Virus record (IMG/VR): IMGVR_UViG_3300021256_000084
Coordinates: 1-64,000 of that record
Source: a virus
Lineage: Duplodnaviria; Caudoviricetes
Direction: 5' to 3' (one strand)
DNA length: 64,000 nucleotides
A program made the position numbers and the translations under genes. Numbering within the stretch: the stretch's first letter is position 1; the number at the start of each line of letters is the position of its first letter. Shown in pieces: positions 40,372-49,239 of this stretch. The notes below the pieces were generated by a model. That model saw only the letters and a program-made list of their open reading frames with translations. It was not told the origin of the DNA and made no database searches.

Positions 40372-40854
40372 TTACTCGTCTATGCGCTCGTCCACTTGCT
40401 CGCGCTTGTCAATGACCTCTATCGTCAACGGCTCATGCTTAAGCTTCTCGCCGCCGCTGGTAATATCCAGCTTGTCGCCGACCTTGCCCAGCGAGCGGTC
40501 AAGCATCTTTTCAGCATACTCAAAGCCTTTCTTGCTCAACAGCGACTTGATGCACAGACGCACGATAAAGGGCGTTTCCTTGTCGTTGACAAGCTGCTTC
40601 ATGCGTTCCTCGCCCATGCTCATGCAGTACAAGTACACCTTGGAAACGTCCGACTTGCCAAACTCCTTGTAACCCTCTTTCTTTAGCTGCTTGCAGATAC
40701 TTTGCACTGTAAGGGGCGGGCGACCTTTTGCGTTACCCGACTGCCCTTTCTTGAACTGGAACGGCTCAATAGCTTTGTTGCTCTTTTCCCGTCCCGTCAA
40801 CTCGTGCTGCCCGTCCTGCTGCTGCTCGCCTTGCATTTCTACTCCCTGTTCCAT
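40372..40854 (-). CDS. terS: Terminase small subunit
   Basis: FKKGQSGNAKGRP and LDRSLGKV...DITSGGE motifs; upstream of terL. Confidence 0.85.
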   Translation of the reverse strand: MEQGVEMQGEQQQDGQHELTGREKSNKAIEPFQFKKGQSGNAKGRPPLTVQSICKQLKKEGYKEFGKSDVSKVYLYCMSMGEERMKQLVNDKETPFIVRLCIKSLLSKKGFEYAEKMLDRSLGKVGDKLDITSGGEKLKHEPLTIEVIDKREQVDERIDE

Positions 40855-40914
40855 AGTTTCGCTGTTTCTCGCTGTTATTTCAGCTTGTTTCGCTTACTTT
40901 CCTCTACTTTTGGC

Positions 40915-41232
40915 TTATTTGCCGTTAATGTAGCTCACGTTGCACACCTGCGCCTTTGCAGCCGTCAAGCGTCCGCATGCCTCGTCTTGGAACTGCGCAT
41001 ACACTTCCATGAAGTTGTTCAGCTGGCACTCAACAAGTAGCCTTGCGCTCAATGCTATGAACGCAGGGTACTTGCTTTGTGTCAGTTCCTTTAGCTTCTC
41101 GTGCGGCTGCTCCAAGAGGTACTGCATAATGAGCACCTTGTCCTTGGCGGGGAGCATTTCGCGGAACTTTACGCCCAGCTCCCTTTCAAGCTCTGTACGC
41201 ACTAAATGCGTCCTTTCCCGTCGCTCTGCCAT
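40915..41232 (-). CDS. Hypothetical protein, possible TerS-core paralogue
   Basis: Weak ungapped similarity to the TerS core (EKLKELTQSKYPAFI vs ERMKQLVNDKETPFI). Confidence 0.5.
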   Translation of the reverse strand: MAERRERTHLVRTELERELGVKFREMLPAKDKVLIMQYLLEQPHEKLKELTQSKYPAFIALSARLLVECQLNNFMEVYAQFQDEACGRLTAAKAQVCNVSYINGK

Positions 41233-41844
41233 TTACTCAATCTTAGTGTTGTTGACTAAGTTCATGAACTCGCTGCGTACAGCTGCGTCCGTGAGGAACA
41301 GCCCTTTAAGGCAGGAGTTTGACATAATGCCCTTCTTGCGTGCTCCGCGTATTTCCTTGCACGTGTGATGGGCTTTCATTACGCAGGCAATGCCCAGCGG
41401 AGCGCACTCTGCTGGCACGTCGCTTGTCAGTGCTTCCTCAATCATATTCACTACGTCATGCACCAAACGCTCCTGTATCTGCATGCGTGCAGCACAGTAG
41501 TCCACGACGCGGGCAATCTTGCTCAAACCGAGTATCTTGCCGTTGGGGTGTGGAATGTAGGCAAAGAAGTACTGCCCCATGAAAGGCAGCACGTGGTGCT
41601 CGCACATTGAAGCAAAGTCGCCCGTGTCCGTAACCATTTGGTCGCACACAAGGTTGTCCTTGCCGTTGTCAAACACTGTAATCTTGGGCTTCTGCGCCGG
41701 GTCGTAGCCGCGAAACAGCTCTTTCCACATACGCACGACACGCTCAGGCGTGCCTTGCAGCCCAGCACGGTTCGGGTCTTCGCCCACATACTCCAGCAGC
41801 TCGCGCACATGCTGCTCTGCTTGTTCCTTTGTCAGCTTTGCCAT
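41233..41844 (-). CDS. folE: GTP cyclohydrolase I
   Basis: TPERV, SMCEHH, GLSKIAR, QIQERL and HTC..IRG motifs; start at MAKLTKEQ. Confidence 0.95.
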   Translation of the reverse strand: MAKLTKEQAEQHVRELLEYVGEDPNRAGLQGTPERVVRMWKELFRGYDPAQKPKITVFDNGKDNLVCDQMVTDTGDFASMCEHHVLPFMGQYFFAYIPHPNGKILGLSKIARVVDYCAARMQIQERLVHDVVNMIEEALTSDVPAECAPLGIACVMKAHHTCKEIRGARKKGIMSNSCLKGLFLTDAAVRSEFMNLVNNTKIE

Positions 41845-41848
41845 AGTG

Positions 41849-42187
41849 CTATTCCTCGTCAAGTTTGTAAGTAGCAACGTTGCTCTCGCTTTCCTGCACG
41901 TCAGCACGGTAGCACTGCGGAATGGTGTCAACAATCCACTTTGCAATGTTCTCGGCTGTCGGGTTGAAAGGCAGCAGCTCGTTAAGGTTGCCGTGGTCGA
42001 GCCTTCCGTGTATTGCACGCTTGATAAGCGCGAAGTCTGCAACCATGCCGTCCTTGTTCAGCTCCTTTGCCTTGCAATAGACGGTGACAATCCAGTTGTG
42101 GCCGTGCAAGTTTGCGCACTTGCTTTCGTAGGACAGCTGCAAGTGATGGCAGGCAGCTATTTCCATTCTTTTCTTTACGTAGTACAT
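41849..42187 (-). CDS. queD: 6-carboxy-5,6,7,8-tetrahydropterin synthase
   Basis: ACHHL, C.NLHGHNW, LDHGNLNE and NPTAENIA motifs. Confidence 0.93.
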   Translation of the reverse strand: MYYVKKRMEIAACHHLQLSYESKCANLHGHNWIVTVYCKAKELNKDGMVADFALIKRAIHGRLDHGNLNELLPFNPTAENIAKWIVDTIPQCYRADVQESESNVATYKLDEE

Positions 42188-42237
42188 AGTCTTTATACTT
42201 TTACAGTTCTTTCCAATTCTTCTAACACTTGAAAGTT

Positions 42238-42912
42238 TTACACGCCGCGCTTGTCCGCGTCCCAGATGAACTTGTGGATTTGCAGCTGCATTTTAACCCC
42301 GTTAAGGCGATTTTGAATAAGGAACGATGCAATGTCTTGAAGCTCTATCGTTCCGAAGCATGCGCTCACTAAAACGTTGGTACGTGCAAGCAAGTTGTTT
42401 TGCTCGACAACGTACTTCATAATCTGCAAGTCGTGCAAGCTGCCCACAACAAACTTAACGCAGTCCGTCTTGTTGAGGTAGGCATAATTGCTTTGCTTCA
42501 TCAGCTTTTGGTATGCGTTGCCTGCGCACTCCGTCTTGTAGTCCAGCGTTAGGCAAGGGCGATAAGACAAAGGCAGCTCCGCAAGCTCTGCAACGGACAT
42601 ACTGCCGTTTGTCTCTATCTCTACCCGGTAGCCGTTGTTTGCAAGCTGCAAAACAAGTTCCTTGATGTTCGCTTGCATAAGCGGCTCGCCACCCGTCAGC
42701 GTGACGTTCTTTACGTCCTGCTGCTGCACGTACTCCAGTAGCTCCTTTGCTGTCAGCTCTTCGTACTGTTCCGCTTTGTCGTAAGAATACTTGCTGTCGC
42801 AGTAGTCGCAGCGCAAGTTACAACCGAAGAAGCGGATGAACACGGCAAGCTCGCCACTGTGCAAGCCCTCACCGTTAATGCTTACGAATTTCTCTACTAC
42901 TTTGTACCGCAT
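42238..42912 (-). CDS. queE: 7-carboxy-7-deazaguanine synthase (radical SAM)
   Basis: SINGEG, CNLRCDYCDS, TLTGGEP and QIHKFIW motifs. Confidence 0.93.
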   Translation of the reverse strand: MRYKVVEKFVSINGEGLHSGELAVFIRFFGCNLRCDYCDSKYSYDKAEQYEELTAKELLEYVQQQDVKNVTLTGGEPLMQANIKELVLQLANNGYRVEIETNGSMSVAELAELPLSYRPCLTLDYKTECAGNAYQKLMKQSNYAYLNKTDCVKFVVGSLHDLQIMKYVVEQNNLLARTNVLVSACFGTIELQDIASFLIQNRLNGVKMQLQIHKFIWDADKRGV

Positions 42913-42917
42913 ACAGA

Positions 42918-43586
42918 TTACTCCTTGTAAACAGTCATGTCTTCAACGCCTGCTGCGGCAAATGCAGCCTTACGGTTGCGGCAGCTGTCACACACACCAC
43001 ACTGGCACTCTCCGTTCTCGTAGCACGACCACGTCTCTGCCAAGATGTCCTTGTCTTTCTCGTAGGCATACTTGATAAGGTCTGTTTTGTGCAGCCCAAG
43101 CAGCGAAGCGGTTTCAATCTTTACGTGCTTCTCGCCACGGAACGTGCCCATATCCATTGCAAGCTCAAAGGCTTTGAAGAACGCGGGCGAGCAGTCGGGG
43201 AAAGCATACTCACCGTTGACAAGCACACAATCGTCCATGTGGCTTCCCAGCACGATCTTGTCAAAGCCGTTGGAATACGCGTACACCATAGCGATTTGCA
43301 GGAACATAGCATTACGCAAAGGCACGACTACGCTTTTTTTGTAGCCCTGCTCTACTGCAACATCGTTTGTCAGCTGGTTTTCCTTGCCAAAGATGTGCTT
43401 AAGCGAGGAAATATCCATGCGCTCAAAGCCGAGGTTGTACTTGCTTGCAAGCTTCTCTACCACCTCGCTTTCCCGTTTTGCTTTCTGACCGTAGTAAAAG
43501 GTCATAAGCGTGGTGTCCTCGTTTACGTAACGGAGTGCCATAGACACCGAATCAAGCCCTCCCGAACAAATAACTAATACTTTCAT
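42918..43586 (-). CDS. queC: 7-cyano-7-deazaguanine synthase
   Basis: SGGLDS, VPLRNAMF, FPDC and TWSCY..CGVCDSC motifs. Confidence 0.95.
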   Translation of the reverse strand: MKVLVICSGGLDSVSMALRYVNEDTTLMTFYYGQKAKRESEVVEKLASKYNLGFERMDISSLKHIFGKENQLTNDVAVEQGYKKSVVVPLRNAMFLQIAMVYAYSNGFDKIVLGSHMDDCVLVNGEYAFPDCSPAFFKAFELAMDMGTFRGEKHVKIETASLLGLHKTDLIKYAYEKDKDILAETWSCYENGECQCGVCDSCRNRKAAFAAAGVEDMTVYKE

Positions 43587-43598
43587 ATTCGTTGTTTT

Positions 43599-44360
43599 CT
43601 AAAAGTTTACGTCTGCATACTTTTGGAACTTTACCCATTCAAGGAAGTTATGCGTCATGACCTCTTTGTAATTGCGTATCTTTGTTCCCTCGGGTCTGTT
43701 GCAGGTCTTTACTTTGCCTGCCTGCAAATCAAACTTGCAATACCCTCCCGATATGTTACCCATGAGCCAACTGCTGCTGTCAACGCTGTCGAAGCGGAAG
43801 TTGCCAAGCTTGGAGCTTGTATAGCCAAGCCCGTGTATCTTTGCGTTGTTCTTGTGTGCAGTAGCAATAAACCATGGAAAGTATTTCTCTATCACGCTTG
43901 ACGGCAGGCCGTCAGTGAGTATGCCGCCGAAAGCCACGTATGAGTAGTTTTTGCACATCCATTCAAAGTACTGCTTGCCACGCGAGAGGTGAAACACTGG
44001 AATAGAACGCTTGCCCGTAAGGCTCTCCAGCCGTTCACGCAGTTGCTCCACCTTTTCCAGCCCGACAATGCTGTCAATGTCAAGCTCAAAGAAGTGCTTG
44101 ATGTCGTATTTGTTTATGAAGTCCGCGTAGGCTTCCGTGTACTTCATCCAGTCCGTATCGTCCTTGCCCTTTACCATGTAGGTGAACGCTCCGCTGTCAA
44201 GCAGGAAATTGTCGTTAGCCGTCCAAATGCTTTCGGGAGCTTTCTTGTTGCTCAAAAGGTAGTAGTAGCTTTCGAGCAGGTACACACTGCGGAAGTCTAT
44301 GTCGGAAAACTCCCGAATGTTCTTGTACTGATTTATTGCTGCTGCCAGGAATACACGCAT
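43599..44360 (-). CDS. dpdA: DpdA-like DNA transglycosylase (TGT fold)
   Basis: LLDSGAFT, PVFH, FGG, IHGLG and DSVDSSSW motifs; adjacent to the preQ0 genes. Confidence 0.8.
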   Translation of the reverse strand: MRVFLAAAINQYKNIREFSDIDFRSVYLLESYYYLLSNKKAPESIWTANDNFLLDSGAFTYMVKGKDDTDWMKYTEAYADFINKYDIKHFFELDIDSIVGLEKVEQLRERLESLTGKRSIPVFHLSRGKQYFEWMCKNYSYVAFGGILTDGLPSSVIEKYFPWFIATAHKNNAKIHGLGYTSSKLGNFRFDSVDSSSWLMGNISGGYCKFDLQAGKVKTCNRPEGTKIRNYKEVMTHNFLEWVKFQKYADVNF

Positions 44361-44362
44361 AC

Positions 44363-44953
44363 CTATTTCACTTTTACGTTTTCGTAGCCTGCAAGTGCAG
44401 CTTCAATGGCTGCTTTAATTTCTGCCTGCTGTTCCTCCATTTCGGGCGGGAACGTGACTTCAATCTTCAAGTCCTTTACCTTTTCCTCTTTGGGCTTTTC
44501 CTCAAAAAGCTTGTCGATGTCAACGTCCTCGTTGCCACCAAGGAAAGAGCAGTCAAGTCCCCAATCCTGCACGTCGCCCGTGTCCCACTCATTGGCAATC
44601 AGCTCCCAATCAATGTTACCGAAAGCCACGTTGTCCTTGATGGTGTACTCGCACAGTTTTTCTACGGGCGTGTCCTGCTTGAACACATAGCAGGGCAGCT
44701 CCTTGAAGCCAAGCTCGCGGCAGGCACGCAGGCGCATGTTACCGCCAATGACTACGTAGTGCCCGTTTTGCAGCGGATAGACAAGCAGCGTGCGTGCTTC
44801 CAGCAGCTCGGGCGCGTCCTCAATGCTCTTTTTAAGTGCTTCGTAACGCTCGTCCTTTATCCAGCGAGGATTTTTTGGCAGTCCTTCAAGCTGTCCGCTG
44901 TTAAGCTCCAGCAGACTGATGTCGAGCGTCTGATACGGAATGTTGTTACTCAT
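44363..44953 (-). CDS. ParB/Srx-domain protein
   Basis: NPRWI, VIGGNMRLRACRELG and DNVAFG motifs; first gene of the dpd operon; TACTTTTG at 44984-44991. Confidence 0.8.
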   Translation of the reverse strand: MSNNIPYQTLDISLLELNSGQLEGLPKNPRWIKDERYEALKKSIEDAPELLEARTLLVYPLQNGHYVVIGGNMRLRACRELGFKELPCYVFKQDTPVEKLCEYTIKDNVAFGNIDWELIANEWDTGDVQDWGLDCSFLGGNEDVDIDKLFEEKPKEEKVKDLKIEVTFPPEMEEQQAEIKAAIEAALAGYENVKVK

Positions 44954-45304
44954 GCGTTTTACTTGATTTTGAAATAAACTACGCAAAAGTAAGCAAAACT
45001 AAGCAAAATAAACAGATTTTAGGCTGCTGTGTGTAAACAGTAAACACAACGAGGGCGCAAAGCCGTATTGCCTTGCGCCCATACCTAACCTAAATAAACA
45101 TCTATATTACACCGTGGGAAAAAAGTTTCTTTGAAAGAAGCGCACACCGCTGTATGCGCTTGAAGCAGTACGTAATGCTTCTATATAGCTTTTGGATAGC
45201 TTTCTTATGGGAGTGCAGTACCAGCTTCACAGCCAACTGCACGTGTAGTTATTTGCCTATGTTCACAATCTATGAGTTATTATTGACTGAAAGGTGTTGC
45301 TTCG

Positions 45305-45335
45305 AAAAAGCAGCTGCGTTTCACAACGGGGCTGC
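45305..45335 (-). terminator. Terminator after 45354-45698
   Basis: GCAGC stem with inner CGTT-GTGA-AACG and T-run. Confidence 0.55.
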
Positions 45336-45353
45336 TGGTGTATGAATAAAAAG

Positions 45354-45698
45354 TTAATCAGTTCGTTGCTTATTACTAAGCGCGTCTTGTTTGGATTGAA
45401 GATAATCGACTATTTTATTGTAGAGATTTGTCGTTACAGCGTCGCGCACTTCCAGATAGCCCTTGTAGTGCTTGGCAACAGTTATAACGTTGGCACGGCT
45501 GCGCTTTATCGTTGCTGCTGCATCCGTCGGGTGTATGCCTGCCAGCTTCGTTACAGCACAGTACAGCCCGCGAGCAAGGTTTACGTCGCGTGACTTCGGT
45601 GCATAGACAAGTTGCTCGCTGCTGATGTTGCAGACTGCACAAACAGCCTGTGCCACCTGCTCGGAGCTGCAAATAATGTCTAACTTTGGTACTGTCAT
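45354..45698 (-). CDS. DnaA C-terminal (domain IV)-like HTH protein
   Basis: VC..CNIS.EQL....KSRDVNLARGLYC...IKRSRANVI; own TACCTTTG at 45724-45731. Confidence 0.6.
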   Translation of the reverse strand: MTVPKLDIICSSEQVAQAVCAVCNISSEQLVYAPKSRDVNLARGLYCAVTKLAGIHPTDAAATIKRSRANVITVAKHYKGYLEVRDAVTTNLYNKIVDYLQSKQDALSNKQRTD

Positions 45699-45766
45699 TT
45701 ACGCGTTTTCTGTAATTTTGCGTCAAAGGTAAGCAAAATTAAGCGAAACTAAGCGTAAATAAAGTA

Positions 45767-46939
45767 TTATTTAGTATCATTTAACAAATAGTCTATCACG
45801 GCACGGTTGGCTTCGTCCACCTTTTTATTGCTTGCGCGTATGTACACGCGTGTAACGTTTGCGCCCGAAGTCTGCGAATGCCCAAGCGCACGGCTGATGG
45901 TGTCGTCGGGAATATCAAGGTTGTACGCAAACGTTGCCCACGTGTGGCGTGCCCAGTACAGCGTAAGGTTATCAATGCCTATGCGCTTACCCATTTCGCC
46001 CAGCCAGTAGTTACATTTGTTGGCGAACATGTTGTAGCGCGAAACGCTGTCAAACCATACGAGCAAGTGCTGCCTGCCGCGATACTTGTCAAGCAGTGCC
46101 TGCGCTTCCGGCTCAATCTTTATGTCGTACAGCTTGTGTGTCTTGCTGCGCAAATACTGCAAGCGTCCGTCCGTCGGCTCTGCGAGGTCTGCAAGGTCTG
46201 CGACGTTAATGCCAATGAGGTAGAACGTAAGCAGAAAGCAGTCCTTGTAACGCTGTTCGTGCGCTGCACAAGGCAACGACATGAAGCTGCGCATCTGCTG
46301 TAGGCTTAAGCTGCGCTTCTGCGTTTCCTCGTGCTCCATTTCAAACTTTCGGAAAGGGTAGCACGTAATGGTGTCCTGCTTGATGGCGAAGTTGAACACG
46401 GCACGCAGGTTACGGAAGTGTATGCTGCGCCCGTTGGGCTTCGGGCTGTACTTCATGAGGAACAGCTTGAAGTCATTGAGCCAGCGCACCGTCATTTCCT
46501 CAAACGTAAGGCTGTTCCAGTCCGCAAACTTGCCCACAAGGGCTGCTGTGCGTGCATAAATTCGCTGTGTGCTGCTGTTTTGCTTCAACGCGATAAACTG
46601 CTCGTAGGTGTCCCGAAACAAGTGCGGCAGCTCGTTCTCATCCTCTTTTTGCAGCAGGGCTATGATCTGCTTGTCTGTCAGCGAGCGCATCTTGCCGCTT
46701 GCCTGCAACTGCAACAGCTTTGTTTCCGCGTCGCTTTGCCGCTGGCGCAAGACAGCGTTGAGCACCTTGCGGTTTGCCATGTTGACAATCTGCTGCGTCC
46801 GCTCGTTCCAGTCCTGCGGCAGCACGTCTATCCCGACAGGCACATAGAACGTGTGCTTGCGGGCTACAGCAAGCTTCAGCGGATAAGTGCCGTCCTTGTG
46901 CTTGTAACGTGTGTCAAGCCGTACTGATACCTTTACCAT
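45767..46939 (-). CDS. int: Tyrosine integrase, Bacteroidales type
   Basis: LDTR..KDGTYPL arm domain; catalytic R position reads N (GINVAD), then K, Y.ARHTWAT, ALGH and Y motifs. Confidence 0.93.
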   Translation of the reverse strand: MVKVSVRLDTRYKHKDGTYPLKLAVARKHTFYVPVGIDVLPQDWNERTQQIVNMANRKVLNAVLRQRQSDAETKLLQLQASGKMRSLTDKQIIALLQKEDENELPHLFRDTYEQFIALKQNSSTQRIYARTAALVGKFADWNSLTFEEMTVRWLNDFKLFLMKYSPKPNGRSIHFRNLRAVFNFAIKQDTITCYPFRKFEMEHEETQKRSLSLQQMRSFMSLPCAAHEQRYKDCFLLTFYLIGINVADLADLAEPTDGRLQYLRSKTHKLYDIKIEPEAQALLDKYRGRQHLLVWFDSVSRYNMFANKCNYWLGEMGKRIGIDNLTLYWARHTWATFAYNLDIPDDTISRALGHSQTSGANVTRVYIRASNKKVDEANRAVIDYLLNDTK

Positions 46940-46973
46940 AGTGTGCCGTAGTCAAAACATAAGGGGCAAATAA

Positions 46974-47207
46974 TTTGCAACTTTTTTGCAACTTTTTTGC
47001 CCCAAACAGTCCTAAAATGTCACTCTTTGTCTGCCTTGCAGCAGCAGCGGTTTTCTTTGTAAATCGCGGAGAGACGGGGATTCGAACCCCGGATGCGCTT
47101 TTGACGCATACACGCTTTCCAGACCTATCTACTCCGCGTCTTAACCAGCTGTTAAACAATAAATTAAAAATCGCTTTGCGAGCGTTTGCAACTTTTTTGC
47201 AACTTTT
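46974..47207. repeat. Integrase arm-type direct repeats flanking attP core
   Basis: TTTGCAACTTTTTTGCAACTTTT at 46974-46996 and at 47185-47207. Confidence 0.75.
47066..47122 (-). mobile_element. attP core: 3' part of tRNA-Ser(GGA)
   Basis: CTGGAAAGCGTGT, long variable arm, CGGGGTTCGAATCCCCG T-arm and TCTCTCCGC acceptor strand; no D arm. Confidence 0.85.
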
Positions 47208-47210
47208 CGC

Positions 47211-47837
47211 TTATTTCAGTGACATCAGCATCAGCACTCTATACCATGCGCGAATGTCCTCTTTGGCAATCGTGAAATCGTCAAAGTCGGGGTTGATGCT
47301 GCGGCACACTATACGGCTGTCATCCTCTTTGCAGGGAAACACGTTCTTTACAACAGGGCCGTTTACCGTATCAAGCTCGTAAGTCCTGCCCCACTCAATG
47401 AACGCTGCTTCGTTGATACGCTTGACGAGTATCTTGCAGCCGCTCGGGTATTCGGGAGCCATGCTGTCGCCCGTTATCGTGCTGGCGTGGCTTGCATCCT
47501 TTATCGGGCTTACGACCATTTCACATTCGTATTCGTGTACCTGTGCTTCAAAATCCGTAGGACTGCCACCCTGCACACTGATGGGCAGCAGCGGAACATA
47601 GACTGCATCATCCTTACCAGCCGCAAACAAGTGAGCAGGCATCATTTCGCCCTCGCCCGTTTTCAGCCAGTCAGCATTGACTTGCGGGAACTGCTCACGC
47701 AGTGCTGCAAGCACCTTTGCGCTCGGCGACTTCGTATTCTGCGCGTAGGCATTGCTAACGCCGAGCTTCTTCTGTAACTGCGCAACACTTAAGCCAAGCG
47801 CATACGCGAGTTTGCTAAATCGTTCCTTAAAATCCAT
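47211..47837 (-). CDS. CI-like repressor (HTH plus S24 peptidase)
   Basis: N-terminal HTH, VNADWLKTGEGEM, ITGDSMAPEYPSG and VVKNV motifs. Confidence 0.9.
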   Translation of the reverse strand: MDFKERFSKLAYALGLSVAQLQKKLGVSNAYAQNTKSPSAKVLAALREQFPQVNADWLKTGEGEMMPAHLFAAGKDDAVYVPLLPISVQGGSPTDFEAQVHEYECEMVVSPIKDASHASTITGDSMAPEYPSGCKILVKRINEAAFIEWGRTYELDTVNGPVVKNVFPCKEDDSRIVCRSINPDFDDFTIAKEDIRAWYRVLMLMSLK

Positions 47838-47876
47838 AAAAAAGCTATCCAAAAATCTTAATAATATGTAATTTTG

Positions 47877-47950
47877 TATAGTAATTTATAGGCAAATTTA
47901 GTTTTTTATAGTAACTTTGCCCTTGCATTACGTTTACGGGTGCAAAGTTA
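47877..47950. promoter_or_regulatory. Face-to-face lytic/lysogenic promoter pair
   Basis: TAACTTTG on + at 47912-47919 and on - at 47943-47950. Confidence 0.65.
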
Positions 47951-47993
47951 CAAAATTATCTTCAAATTGATATACATTATTAAGTATTTTTAT

Positions 47994-48167
47994 ATGGAAA
48001 TAACATCAAAACAGGAAAAGCACGAAGCTGTTTACAACAGATTCAAGCAGCTTTGCAGCGACGGGCTGACGAAAACAGCCGCGACGTACAAGGTAATGTC
48101 AGAGTTTAACATCTGCACTCCAACGACAGTGAACAACATCCGAAAGAAGTTTGAAGGAGGGAACTAA
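47994..48167 (+). CDS. Cro-like small regulator
   Basis: 57 aa, first gene divergent from the repressor. Confidence 0.5.
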   Translation: MEITSKQEKHEAVYNRFKQLCSDGLTKTAATYKVMSEFNICTPTTVNNIRKKFEGGN

Positions 48168-48170
48168 GCT

Positions 48171-48368
48171 ATGACAAGTACAGAACCTAAAGTAAGTGAT
48201 AGCGGCTGGTACGACACGGGGCAGACGGCGCTTGCGCTGGGCGTTGACCGTCGTACTATTGCACGGCACACTGAAAAGGGCTATATCAAGTGTAAAGTAA
48301 GGAAGTGTAACAACCGACGCGTGTACTCAGGGCGTGAGATAAAACGCTATTGGGGAGCACAGTATTAA
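48171..48368 (+). CDS. Excisionase-like/MerR-type HTH protein
   Basis: YDTGQTALALGVDRRTIARH...GYIKC...RVYSG. Confidence 0.7.
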   Translation: MTSTEPKVSDSGWYDTGQTALALGVDRRTIARHTEKGYIKCKVRKCNNRRVYSGREIKRYWGAQY

Positions 48369-48441
48369 GTACGACAACTTTATGGACGAGCAAGCAATTT
48401 ACAATCTTTACAGCGTGCAATGCGCACTAAACACAATTGAT

Positions 48442-49239
48442 ATGGCTAAGAGATTTACGGACACGGAAAAGTACAAGAAGCATTTTGTCCGTTCACTCAA
48501 AGCACCTTACAAACTGCTGTGGGACTACATTCTTTGCGACTGTAACCACGCAGGGATATGGATTGTGGACTTTGAAGCGGCACGAATGTACTTGGGCAAG
48601 GACGTTAAGATTTGCGAGCGTGCTGCACTGGAAGCGTTCAACAAGGACGAAAAGCGCGTCATACCCATTGACTATGGCGAGAAGTGGTTTATCGTTGGCT
48701 TCATTGAATATCAGTACGGGGAGCTTAACCCGCGTAACCGCGTACATGCAAGCGTTATCAAAATGCTGGAACGCTACGGGCTGTGGAAGGACGGCAAGCT
48801 CAACGTCGATGTAAGCAACGTGCCCGTCCGTAAACTTCCGCAACAGAAGCAGCTTGCAGACACGCAAGAGCAGCAGGAGCAGCAGGAAACGGAGGACGAG
48901 CTGCTGGCAGCGGTAACGGACGTGAAGCCAAAGGGGTACGAGCAGATGAACCTGGACTTCATCAGCGAGGACTTTAGGGACATCTTCTACACATGGCTTG
49001 ACTACAAGCGTGAACGCAGGGAGCGTTACAAGACACAAAGCTCGCTGGAAACAGCGTACAAGCGCATGCTTAACTTGGGCAACAGCGACCGCCTGCAAGT
49101 ACGCCTTGTCGTTGAGCAGAGCATTGGCAACAACTGGGCAGGGCTGTTTGCGCTGCGTGAAGCTCGCAAGCAGACAAGTACGACAACACACACAACGGAC
49201 AAAATCAGCGAGGACTATCCAAAATGGCAAAAGCGTTAA
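48442..49239 (+). CDS. Replication initiator protein
   Basis: MAKRFTDTEK N-terminus; WLDYKRER...EQSIGNNWAGLF C-terminus; next to DnaC-like gene. Confidence 0.75.
   Translation: MAKRFTDTEKYKKHFVRSLKAPYKLLWDYILCDCNHAGIWIVDFEAARMYLGKDVKICERAALEAFNKDEKRVIPIDYGEKWFIVGFIEYQYGELNPRNRVHASVIKMLERYGLWKDGKLNVDVSNVPVRKLPQQKQLADTQEQQEQQETEDELLAAVTDVKPKGYEQMNLDFISEDFRDIFYTWLDYKRERRERYKTQSSLETAYKRMLNLGNSDRLQVRLVVEQSIGNNWAGLFALREARKQTSTTTHTTDKISEDYPKWQKR

Noticed and set aside
47066-47138. Functional tRNA-Ser gene
   Set aside because: The D arm and the 5' strand of the anticodon stem are missing; treated as attP
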